32,000 nt of DNA from Bdellovibrionota bacterium (GTDB lineage Bacteria; Bdellovibrionota; UBA1018; CAUJDS01): contig CAUJDS010000062.1 in the NCBI GenBank assembly GCA_963169695.1, positions 10,792 to 42,791 of the forward strand, in the 5' to 3' direction. The notes under the pieces are model-generated. The model did no database searches. It had not been told where the DNA came from and worked only from the letters and a program-made list of their open reading frames with translations. Both the position numbers and the translations under genes were made by a program. Each line of letters opens with the position of its first letter. The first letter of the stretch is position 1. This document shows positions 8,833 to 16,934 of this stretch, piece after piece.

Positions 8833-10524
8833 ATGGATCTTTTCGGTTGCGTTGGGCCCTCAAATGAGGTTCTTAACAATCTGGGGTCCCAAGCGACACC
8901 CACGGAGCTGGAAGTGACCGTATCTAAAGAGCAAATTTTAAAGGAATCTCAGCGGCGAAGGACCTTTGCCATTATTTCACACCCCGATGCCGGGAAAACC
9001 ACCTTGACTGAGAAGCTCCTCCTTTATGGTGGAGCCATCCACCTTGCTGGAGCGGTTAAGGCCAAGAAGAACCAAAAGCACACCACCTCGGATTGGATGG
9101 ACATAGAGAAGGAGCGAGGGATCTCCATTAGTGCCTCCGTGCTCCAGTTCGAATATGCCGGCATCCACGTCAACCTACTGGATACGCCGGGACACAAGGA
9201 CTTCTCAGAAGACACCTACCGAACCCTCATGGCAGCAGACGCGGCGGTGATGCTGATCGACGCCGGAAAAGGAGTCGAGCCCCAGACCATCAAGCTTTTT
9301 GAAGTGTGTCGAATGAGAGGCATTCCGATTTTTACGTTTATGAATAAGCTCGATCGCCCGTCTAAGGATCCGTTGGACCTTTTGGACGAGCTTGAGAAGA
9401 TTCTGGGCATTCGCTCTTGCCCCATTACTTGGCCAATCGGCATGGGAGATCGATTCAAAGGGGTCTACAATCGTAGGAACCGAGAGGTCCTGCTTTTTGA
9501 GAGCCAGGATGAAGCCAACGTCAAACGCAAGTTAGGCTCGCAGACCTTGTCTGGAATTCACGATCCCATTCTCAAGGAAATTGCCGAAGCAGATGATGTC
9601 TACGAGCAACTCCTTTCAGAAATAGAGCTGCTCGAAGCCGCTGGAGACTCGTACGATGAAGCAAGGGTCCTTCAAGGACAGCTCACGCCCGTATTCTTTG
9701 GTTCTGCGATGAACAACTTTGGTGTGGAGAACTTTCTTCAGCATTTTATCAAAATGGCTCCGGCACCCGGTTCGCGCAAAACACTTCAGGAAGAAACGCT
9801 GGAGCCGAGTGATCTCGCCTTTTCATCGTTTATTTTTAAGATCCAAGCCAATATGGATCCGCGACATCGTGACCGCGTGGCGTTTATGCGGGTTTGCTCT
9901 GGCCATTTCGAAAGAGGAATGAGTGCGTACCACTCAAGGACTTCCGAAGAAGTGAAGCTTGCTCGGCCCATGAATTTCTTTGCCCAGGATCGAGTGATCA
10001 TTGAAGAAGCTTGGCCTGGAGATATTGTTGGACTGGTAGACACTTCTGGAGAACTTCGCATTGGCGATACGCTCACCACACGCAAGGGAATTGAGTTTGG
10101 CGGCATTCCTCGATTTTCTCCTGAGCATTTTTCGAGCATACGGATTGGGGACCCCATGAAGCGCAAACAGCTACGGAAGGGCTTGGAGCAGCTTTCTGAA
10201 GAAGGGGTCGTTCAAGTATTTTCTGACCGAGACCTGGGAGATCGCGATTCGATACTGGGCGCAGTCGGAGGACTCCAATTTGAAGTCCTCAAGGAGCGAC
10301 TCAAAATTGAATACGGCGTTGCTGCAATCATGGAGCCATTGCCTTATGTTCTCGCTCGATGGATCCGCTCGGACAAAATGGATCTTAAGCTCTTTGAAGG
10401 TCGCAGCGATAGTCGATGTGTTTTGGATCGAGACCAGAATCCAGTCATTCTCTTTAAGAGCCCTTGGGCGCTTCGATGGGCAGAAGATCACTACAAAGAC
10501 TGTCAGTTTCTTCCCATCGCTTAA
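8833..10524 (+). CDS. prfC: Peptide chain release factor 3
   Basis: Start taken at ATG 8833 (MDLFGCVGPSN); track ORF opens at 8623 but overlaps the divergent CDS. GTPase motifs ISHPDAGKTTLTEKLL, DTPGHKDFSEDTYRTL, NKLD; RF3-specific ERGISISASVLQFEY and DWMDIEKERG. Confidence 0.92.
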   Translation: MDLFGCVGPSNEVLNNLGSQATPTELEVTVSKEQILKESQRRRTFAIISHPDAGKTTLTEKLLLYGGAIHLAGAVKAKKNQKHTTSDWMDIEKERGISISASVLQFEYAGIHVNLLDTPGHKDFSEDTYRTLMAADAAVMLIDAGKGVEPQTIKLFEVCRMRGIPIFTFMNKLDRPSKDPLDLLDELEKILGIRSCPITWPIGMGDRFKGVYNRRNREVLLFESQDEANVKRKLGSQTLSGIHDPILKEIAEADDVYEQLLSEIELLEAAGDSYDEARVLQGQLTPVFFGSAMNNFGVENFLQHFIKMAPAPGSRKTLQEETLEPSDLAFSSFIFKIQANMDPRHRDRVAFMRVCSGHFERGMSAYHSRTSEEVKLARPMNFFAQDRVIIEEAWPGDIVGLVDTSGELRIGDTLTTRKGIEFGGIPRFSPEHFSSIRIGDPMKRKQLRKGLEQLSEEGVVQVFSDRDLGDRDSILGAVGGLQFEVLKERLKIEYGVAAIMEPLPYVLARWIRSDKMDLKLFEGRSDSRCVLDRDQNPVILFKSPWALRWAEDHYKDCQFLPIA

Positions 10525-10535
10525 GAAGTTTTGAA

Positions 10536-12335
10536 TTATGCGGCTAAGTAGAGCTGATCAATGAGATGGCTGAACTTGCGCTCCACAATGTGACGCTTGA
10601 GCTTGAGGGTAGCGGTCATTTCTCCACTATCTACTGTGAACTCTCGTGCAAGTACGACAAAGCTCTTCACTTTTTCGTACCCTGCAAGATTGGCATTCAC
10701 ACCATCAACGACTCGTTGAATCCGGGCGAGGATATCTGGATCCGTTACAACACTCTCTTCACCAATGGCTCCGGGTTTGTCCTTTGCCTTTTTAATTTCT
10801 GCCTCTGACAAAGTGATTAAAGCAGAAATGAATTTTCTACCTTCCCCCACCATGCAGACCTGAGCGATCATGGGAGATTCTTTAATCTTTTCTTCGATGG
10901 GTAAAGGGGCAACCATTTTTCCGCCCGATGTTTTCAATACTTCTTTTTTTCTACCACGGACAACAAGGCTACCATCTCCTCGAAATTCTCCGATATCTCC
11001 TGTGCGAAACCACCCATCCGTAAAGGTCTCATCCGTCGCCTTCGGATTCTTGAAATACCCCTTAAATACGTGGCGACCACGCGTCCAAATTTCTCCATCT
11101 TCAGCAATTTTGATCTCCGCACCGGGAAGTGGGACTCCCACCGTACCAATGCCTTCGCCGCCTAGCATTTCGTAGACATATGCTCCGGAGCATTCGGTCT
11201 GCCCCAAAGTATTGAGCACTCGCACGCCAATCTTACGAAACCACCGAACCACATTCTCAGGGAGTGCAGCGGCACCCGAAGCACAAGCAATGCTATTGCC
11301 TAAACCGAGAGCCTTGCGCACCTTCGATAAGACCAAGCGATCGGCGAGCTTGTATTGGATCAGATCCGAGAATCCAATCCCGCCTTCTCCGCCAATCCTT
11401 GCGTTGGTTACACGCTCGCCAACGGCCATCGCCCAACGAGCCATTTGCTGACGAGGGGAAGGAGCATCCGCCAAACGCTGTTCTACGCCTTCCATCATTT
11501 TTTCCCAGAGCCTTGGCACCGAGAGAAGAAGCTTGGGCTGAACCTCTGCCAACTCAGAGGAGACACTGTCAAAGTTGGAACAAAAACTCACGGTAAGTCT
11601 GCCCAGAATCCCTACGCCAATACCGTGTTCTTTCTCGGCAACGTGACAAAGCGGAAGAAACGAAAAAAGATCTCCCTTTCCTACCGGTAGATTCCAAACC
11701 TGAATCGCTCCCTGCGAAACAAAGGCGAGGTTGTCGAGAGAAACCATTGCCCCTTTGGGATTACCGGTTGTTCCAGACGTGTAGACCAGAAAAGCACCGG
11801 AATCTTTGTTGAGCCTAGCCAAGAAATAATCGGGCTTCTTATATTTGGCCAGTTCCATCCCCTGACGAATGGCATCTTCATAAGACACAGCTTTGGAAGA
11901 TATACTTGTATCACCATCATAGACAATAATGAGTTCAACATGGGCCGGAAGGGGATTTTCCTGCTGAGGGCCGGTAATTTTTAAAAAATACTCTCGGTCT
12001 TGAACTGCCAAAACTCGCGCTTTGGTTTCACTCAGAATGAACTCAATATCTTTGAGGCTGGCATTGGGATAAAGCCCACTAGATTTTGCTCCCAACAGAA
12101 TCATTCCGAGATCTGTATGCACCCACTCCGGACAATTGTAGGCAAAAATAATACTGACATCTTCGACACCGATTCCTCGGGACTCCAAAAAGAGGGCCAT
12201 CGCAAATACATGTTCCCAGTAGTCGCGTGCGCTCAGAGTCTTCCACTGACCAGCTTCTTTGTAACGCTGTGCGGGATGATTTGGATTCTGTTCCGCCCAT
12301 TTGGCCAAGTCGTGAAGCAATGGTGACATAAGCAA
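10536..12335 (-). CDS. Long-chain fatty-acid--CoA ligase / AMP-dependent synthetase
   Basis: 599 aa with FLVYTSGTTGNPKGAMVSLDN, GQTECSGAYVYEMLGGE, WFRTGDIGEFRGDGSLVVRGRKKEVLKTSGGK. Confidence 0.93.
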   Translation of the reverse strand: MLMSPLLHDLAKWAEQNPNHPAQRYKEAGQWKTLSARDYWEHVFAMALFLESRGIGVEDVSIIFAYNCPEWVHTDLGMILLGAKSSGLYPNASLKDIEFILSETKARVLAVQDREYFLKITGPQQENPLPAHVELIIVYDGDTSISSKAVSYEDAIRQGMELAKYKKPDYFLARLNKDSGAFLVYTSGTTGNPKGAMVSLDNLAFVSQGAIQVWNLPVGKGDLFSFLPLCHVAEKEHGIGVGILGRLTVSFCSNFDSVSSELAEVQPKLLLSVPRLWEKMMEGVEQRLADAPSPRQQMARWAMAVGERVTNARIGGEGGIGFSDLIQYKLADRLVLSKVRKALGLGNSIACASGAAALPENVVRWFRKIGVRVLNTLGQTECSGAYVYEMLGGEGIGTVGVPLPGAEIKIAEDGEIWTRGRHVFKGYFKNPKATDETFTDGWFRTGDIGEFRGDGSLVVRGRKKEVLKTSGGKMVAPLPIEEKIKESPMIAQVCMVGEGRKFISALITLSEAEIKKAKDKPGAIGEESVVTDPDILARIQRVVDGVNANLAGYEKVKSFVVLAREFTVDSGEMTATLKLKRHIVERKFSHLIDQLYLAA

Positions 12336-12411
12336 TCCCCTTACTACTCTTTTAGATCAAAAATTTAAAATTGAGAACCTGTTTGACTTCGGCGCTACAC
12401 GAAATAGAATC

Positions 12412-13434
12412 GTGCGTGGGTTGAACATGGGGGAGCTTGAAGTGACAAATACAAAATGCTGGGGCTTTTTAGCCATTTTGACAGCCATGGTCGCAACAGG
12501 TTGCGACGCATCTCCTGGGAGCACGACTTCCTCCCTCACTCCCCCGACGGCTCGAGCATTGCGGCCAAATAGTGCGCCATTGCCAGAAAATTTTGAAGTC
12601 GACCGAATGGTAGATCAGATCAAGCAAGCCGATCCGCAAAATGAAAGTGAGATGATCCAACTCACCTCTCAGCTGGTTGCTTTTCTACCGCAAGGGCCAG
12701 GTACCGATCCCGATGAAACAGCAAAAGTACTTTTCAGGCTCCTCCGCGTTGGAAAGAGCCCCGAGGTTCGCAAAAACGCAATCATTGGCCTGGGGCTACT
12801 AGGAGATTCTGGCGAAATTGCGATACCCTTTCTTCTCCAAACACTCGGCGATTTGGCAATGCGAGCGGAAGATCCTTCGACGCCCTTCTTTGGAATGGAA
12901 GAGGCCATTCGTTCAACCCTTGGTATGAAGGGACTTGGAGTACGAACCGTCAAGATCATTAAGACCTTGTTTCAGGATGGTCGGCAACTCGATGGTGACC
13001 GTTCTCAAGCACTTCTGATAGCTGCCATGCTCGCATCAAATGGACCCAATGGTGGACTAAGCACTACCTCCAATGAAGCGATAGAAATTTTAGGAATGAT
13101 CCAACAAGTCCTTTTATTGCCCGAGACGACGTCCTTCCCTCTTATGAATCAAGGCAGAACTCATTCTACATTATTGGAGAGCCTCGCTTATCTCGGTCCC
13201 ATTGCGGAGCCGGCATTGGTAGCTCTCTACAAGGAATATGATCGAGTCCAACTACGTATTTTCAGCGACTCAGCTATCACGGGAGACATCAACCACGGCA
13301 CGCATCTCCTCAAGGTCATTCACAGCATTGAAGCCGCTATTCAGGCTGAAAAGGAAAAAGTAATTCTCCCACCATCTCCACCTCCAGCTGAGCCAGCTCC
13401 GGAGACACCTAAAGACCCAGAAAAGCCGAATTGA
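12412..13434 (+). CDS. HEAT-repeat-like predicted lipoprotein
   Basis: 340 aa; lipobox-like FLAILTAMVATGC; helical repeats (RKNAIIGLGLLGDSGEIAIPFLLQTLG ... LLESLAYLGPIAEPALVALYKE); Pro-rich tail. Confidence 0.7.
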   Translation: MRGLNMGELEVTNTKCWGFLAILTAMVATGCDASPGSTTSSLTPPTARALRPNSAPLPENFEVDRMVDQIKQADPQNESEMIQLTSQLVAFLPQGPGTDPDETAKVLFRLLRVGKSPEVRKNAIIGLGLLGDSGEIAIPFLLQTLGDLAMRAEDPSTPFFGMEEAIRSTLGMKGLGVRTVKIIKTLFQDGRQLDGDRSQALLIAAMLASNGPNGGLSTTSNEAIEILGMIQQVLLLPETTSFPLMNQGRTHSTLLESLAYLGPIAEPALVALYKEYDRVQLRIFSDSAITGDINHGTHLLKVIHSIEAAIQAEKEKVILPPSPPPAEPAPETPKDPEKPN

Positions 13435-15214
13435 TTGCGGGAAATCTCGCAACAACCGAAGATAGGCTTGCAGGAGTTCTACCTTCTTGCGACAGGACAT
13501 CAACTCCGCTTGGAGCATAGAGCGTTAAGTACCAGTAATAATTGCGGGCAATGAGTGAAACGTAATCACGCGTTTCAGAAAAAGGAATCAAATCCAAAAA
13601 GAGCATTCGATTCTCGGTAGGATAGCGATCTACCCACTTCTTTACATTGCGAGAACCAGCATTGTAAGCCGCGAGTGACAGTTCAGCATCTCCACCAAAT
13701 TCTTTGAGCAACTCATGAAAATGATGCACACCTAAAGCAATATTCGTCGCTGGCTGAAACAACGCACTTCTAGAAACATGTGCAATTTGGCGCGCAGTAG
13801 CTGGCATCAATTGCATCAATCCCACTGCACCTGCTGGGGACCGCGCGTAGGGCACAAATCCACTCTCCTGCCGAATCAATGCCGCTGCTAAGTAGGGATC
13901 CACTCGCCCTCGTTGCTTCCAAAGACTTTCGTAAAATCGAACAGGGAAGAACATTTCTAAAGTATCTCGCGTTATCCAGAGAGGATCATTGCGAAAGAGG
14001 TCTCCGAGTACTTGAAAAGCCGGAATCTGCAAACCCGCTCGATTGGCCAGCACAGCGATATACGCTTGAAATTCAGGCTCGGTGCCAGTCAGGTCCTGCC
14101 TCACTTCTTTGAAAATCGCACGAGTGAGGTCAGCCTCGTTCAGCTGGAGAAGCGCTTCAAAGGTTCGAACCTTCTGATTAATTGCGGGGTCCTTCATGGT
14201 TCGAAATTGAATCTGCGGTGTGCCACCCATATAAATAAGATTCGAAACCTCTAGCACTGAGCCGCCCCGAATACTCAGATGGTGGTAACCAAGTGGGTTG
14301 GCCTTGAGAAGGCGCGACTGCAATATCTGAAACCTAAGCTTGTCTCCTGATTTTCTAGCGCACCATGCATTCCAATAAAGGGCACGCGTAACAAAATCGC
14401 CATTTTTTTCGTCCGCTAGTAGTTCTAAGTGAGGTCGTGCACTTTGACAGTCTCCATCCAGAATATCCAAAAGACTGAGTCTAAAGACAACCTTACGAAT
14501 GTCTTCAGAGTCGGGTAATTCACTACCTACATAGCAACTGGCCACTCTCTCATAGAGCTTATGTGTAATTGTGCGATTTTCTTCATTTGGAAAATATTCT
14601 TCCGACTTGGATCCCAGCGCAAAATAAAGCTCTGCAGATGCACAAGACTTCTGCTCGATCAACGCATTGGCGGTTGAACGAAGATCCGACCACTCTGAAA
14701 TCAGTTTCAAACTTTTCCAAAGATCTTTGCGATTGAGTGTGTTGAGTTCAGTGAGTTTGGCTTCTTTCCAAAGTGCCAATAGGCTGCCTGGACTTGGGCG
14801 TATGGATCGTGCCAGCGAGGACTCCCCTTGTGTTTTTTCTTTCGGAAGGTAAGCACAAAATGGATCCGAAAAATCCGAGAGACAATGCGCAAGGTATTCA
14901 GCTTGAGCTTGGGACTTCATCTTTTTATTCAAGAAGGCGGCGTAGTTCTTGGCCTGCAACAAGAGGAGCTTGCGATCCTCGGGAGCAAGGCTTTCAAAGT
15001 CAAAACCCAGTAACTTCTCATGATAGACCTGCTTCAGTGGGCGACGCTCGAGCTTGAGGTCTCCTCCTTTGGGCCAGTTGGGGCTTTGCGCGTGGGGCGG
15101 TACCGAAGTATCGGGCGAATTAGGGGTCGCCTGTGTAGAAAAGGCAATCCCCATCCAGGTCAGAATAAAGACGGTCGTCAGAAATCGTAAGTTGAGAGAA
15201 TGCCTTGGCCCCAC
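13409..15214 (-). CDS. Soluble lytic murein transglycosylase-like protein (SLT domain)
   Basis: 601 aa; C-terminal AALIRQESGFVPYARSPAGAVGLMQLMPATARQIAH ... LGVHHFHELLKEFGGDAELSLAAYNAGSRNVKKW. Confidence 0.92.
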   Translation of the reverse strand: MGPRHSLNLRFLTTVFILTWMGIAFSTQATPNSPDTSVPPHAQSPNWPKGGDLKLERRPLKQVYHEKLLGFDFESLAPEDRKLLLLQAKNYAAFLNKKMKSQAQAEYLAHCLSDFSDPFCAYLPKEKTQGESSLARSIRPSPGSLLALWKEAKLTELNTLNRKDLWKSLKLISEWSDLRSTANALIEQKSCASAELYFALGSKSEEYFPNEENRTITHKLYERVASCYVGSELPDSEDIRKVVFRLSLLDILDGDCQSARPHLELLADEKNGDFVTRALYWNAWCARKSGDKLRFQILQSRLLKANPLGYHHLSIRGGSVLEVSNLIYMGGTPQIQFRTMKDPAINQKVRTFEALLQLNEADLTRAIFKEVRQDLTGTEPEFQAYIAVLANRAGLQIPAFQVLGDLFRNDPLWITRDTLEMFFPVRFYESLWKQRGRVDPYLAAALIRQESGFVPYARSPAGAVGLMQLMPATARQIAHVSRSALFQPATNIALGVHHFHELLKEFGGDAELSLAAYNAGSRNVKKWVDRYPTENRMLFLDLIPFSETRDYVSLIARNYYWYLTLYAPSGVDVLSQEGRTPASLSSVVARFPAINSAFLGL

Positions 15215-15240
15215 AGGTTCTCATCGGTGCGGGGACCCAG

Positions 15241-15318
15241 GTACTAAAGGTACAAGGTACGGACTTACTTGTGAGACCTGATGCGTCATTCTGATTCGTC
15301 GAATTAAAATGACGCGCT
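15241..15318. repeat. Degenerate half copy of palindromic repeat element (copy B)
   Basis: GGTAC-rich lead-in (GGTACTAAAGGTACAAGGTAC) then GTACGGACTTACTTGTGAGACCTGATGCGTCATTCTGATTCG, a near match to 19829-19870; internal GCGTCATT...AATGACGC hairpin. Confidence 0.75.
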
Positions 15319-15357
15319 GGCATGTTGAAACTAGCTTCGTACCTACCAGTAAAAGCG

Positions 15358-16224
15358 TTATCGGCGTGGCGCAGTCCAGGTCTGGACCGAAAAGGGCTGG
15401 GTCGGACGGTCCACGTGGATTTCGCGAATCGGGTTCTGCCTTTCCATGAAAAGCAGAACCTTCCAGGCCGGAGTCCGATGCACCCGACCGAAGTAAACCC
15501 TTTCGATCTGAGGCTGAGGACCTTCGAAAGGGTGGACAACCGTCAGGGGTGACTCAAATAGGATTGCTGCCTGCCATAACGATGAGTCGCCTGTGGCAAG
15601 ATCGATCTCCACCCCGCCATCCGACTGAATCGCATATTTGACCCCGTCCAGGGAGGGGTTGGCCGTGAGCAGTTCTCGGATCGTCACAGGGTGCGTGACC
15701 CACTCCACGGTGGCGCCTAGCTGTTGGAGGAAGAGTTCGTCCGATACTTTAGACACCGCTAGGAAAAGAACAGACTGATCCTCGGCCAATTCGCTGTGCG
15801 CGTCCAAGAGGTCCGCGGCTTTGGCATGCAGGGTGCCTGGCAGTTCATCCACACTAGCGTACGAAAGCACCCTACCCCGAGGGAGAAGGCTTTGAGCGTA
15901 GGCCAATAGTTCGAATCCACTGAGTCGAACTACTCCGGGGGCGCCGCCCCCTACCGGAGGTGTTTCGACAAAATGAATTGCATGCAACAGCCTCCATGCC
16001 CGCATTAAACGCGGGAGCGACTTACTCGTGTGGTGGAGTCCCGGACGGATCCGAATTTCTCCAGTAGGACAGGCCCTGCCCCCGCGGAGAATTTTGAAGT
16101 CGTTGTGATCCGAAATCAACGCTATCTGCGATAGCCCCAAAGGACAGTCCCGACCCGAGCCGGAACCAAACGCGGTCCCCGCCGACACGAAGATCAATAA
16201 CAGTGTGCGGGTCTTGTTCAACAT
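15358..16224 (-). CDS. Secreted/periplasmic hypothetical protein, 288 aa
   Basis: Signal peptide MLNKTRTLLLIFVSAGTAFGSG; no family recognised by eye. Confidence 0.6.
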   Translation of the reverse strand: MLNKTRTLLLIFVSAGTAFGSGSGRDCPLGLSQIALISDHNDFKILRGGRACPTGEIRIRPGLHHTSKSLPRLMRAWRLLHAIHFVETPPVGGGAPGVVRLSGFELLAYAQSLLPRGRVLSYASVDELPGTLHAKAADLLDAHSELAEDQSVLFLAVSKVSDELFLQQLGATVEWVTHPVTIRELLTANPSLDGVKYAIQSDGGVEIDLATGDSSLWQAAILFESPLTVVHPFEGPQPQIERVYFGRVHRTPAWKVLLFMERQNPIREIHVDRPTQPFSVQTWTAPRR

Positions 16225-16349
16225 CGATCCGCACCATACTATACGTGCGAATCCATTTCCAAAGACTCCTCGGCGACGAACCAGCAGGAATGAACAACAT
16301 AAGCTAAGGAGCCGTTGACATATCTAATTAGTTATAGTACTTTTTAGCT

Positions 16350-16634
16350 ATGTGGGTCGTGCTCGAGCACAAGTCCGTAGTTAAAGAGCTTAAGCGGTGC
16401 CCCAACCACATTGCGGAAGAGTATGAACTCTGGCGAACAACCGTGGAAAACTCGGGTCCCTACTCCGTAAGGAAAATTCCGGGATATCGAGACCATGCGC
16501 TTGAGGGAAAATGGAAGGGTTTTCGTTCGTCGTCCTTGGACCGAAAATGGCGAGTTATTTATCAAATCCATGATGATGAAATCATGGTGCAAATAGAGGA
16601 GGTAACAGCTCATGACTACCGGAAGAAAAACTAG
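16350..16634 (+). CDS. RelE/HigB-superfamily toxin
   Basis: 94 aa; VVKELKRCPNHIAEEYELWR ... HALEGKWKGFRSSSLDRKWRVIYQIHDDEIMVQIEEVTAHDYRK, the fold pattern of HigB/YafQ-type mRNA interferases; overlaps the downstream antitoxin. Confidence 0.88.
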   Translation: MWVVLEHKSVVKELKRCPNHIAEEYELWRTTVENSGPYSVRKIPGYRDHALEGKWKGFRSSSLDRKWRVIYQIHDDEIMVQIEEVTAHDYRKKN

Positions 16635-16902
16635 ATCGTTGCTTGGTAGCGGTCATTACGTGGTGGGCAAACGACGAGTGAGCCTTACAACGGGCGATAT
16701 CGTTCGTATGCTTCGAGAGAAAAATGAACTTACCCAGCTCCAATTGGCTCAAATCACTGCCCTAAAGCAGAGCACCATTTCCGCCATTGAAAAGAACAGA
16801 ATAAGCATCGGAATCGAGCGGGCGAAGGTGCTGGCAAAAGCTCTCCATGTCCATCCATCGACCCTCGTATTTCATGATTGGCAACAAGACGACGCTGCTT
16901 AG
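16612..16902 (+). CDS. HigA-like XRE-family antitoxin
   Basis: 96 aa with HTH LREKNELTQLQLAQITALKQSTISAIEKNRISIGIERAKVLAKALHVHPSTLVF; ORF overlaps the toxin by 23 bp. Confidence 0.88.
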   Translation: MTTGRKTRSLLGSGHYVVGKRRVSLTTGDIVRMLREKNELTQLQLAQITALKQSTISAIEKNRISIGIERAKVLAKALHVHPSTLVFHDWQQDDAA

Positions 16903-16918
16903 TGGATTCGGGAATTCG

Positions 16919-16929
16919 GTACCTAAACG
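16919..16929. repeat. GTACCTAAACG copy just after the 3' end of the 955-aa gene
   Basis: Exact 11-bp match to the unit repeated at 19892, 19904 and 19928. Confidence 0.8.
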
Positions 16930-16934
16930 GGAAG

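Noticed and set aside
13409-13434. Convergent 26-bp overlap between the HEAT lipoprotein and SLT transglycosylase genes (also 26309-26328)
   Set aside because: Short convergent tail overlaps are common in compact bacterial genomes and do not need special explanation.
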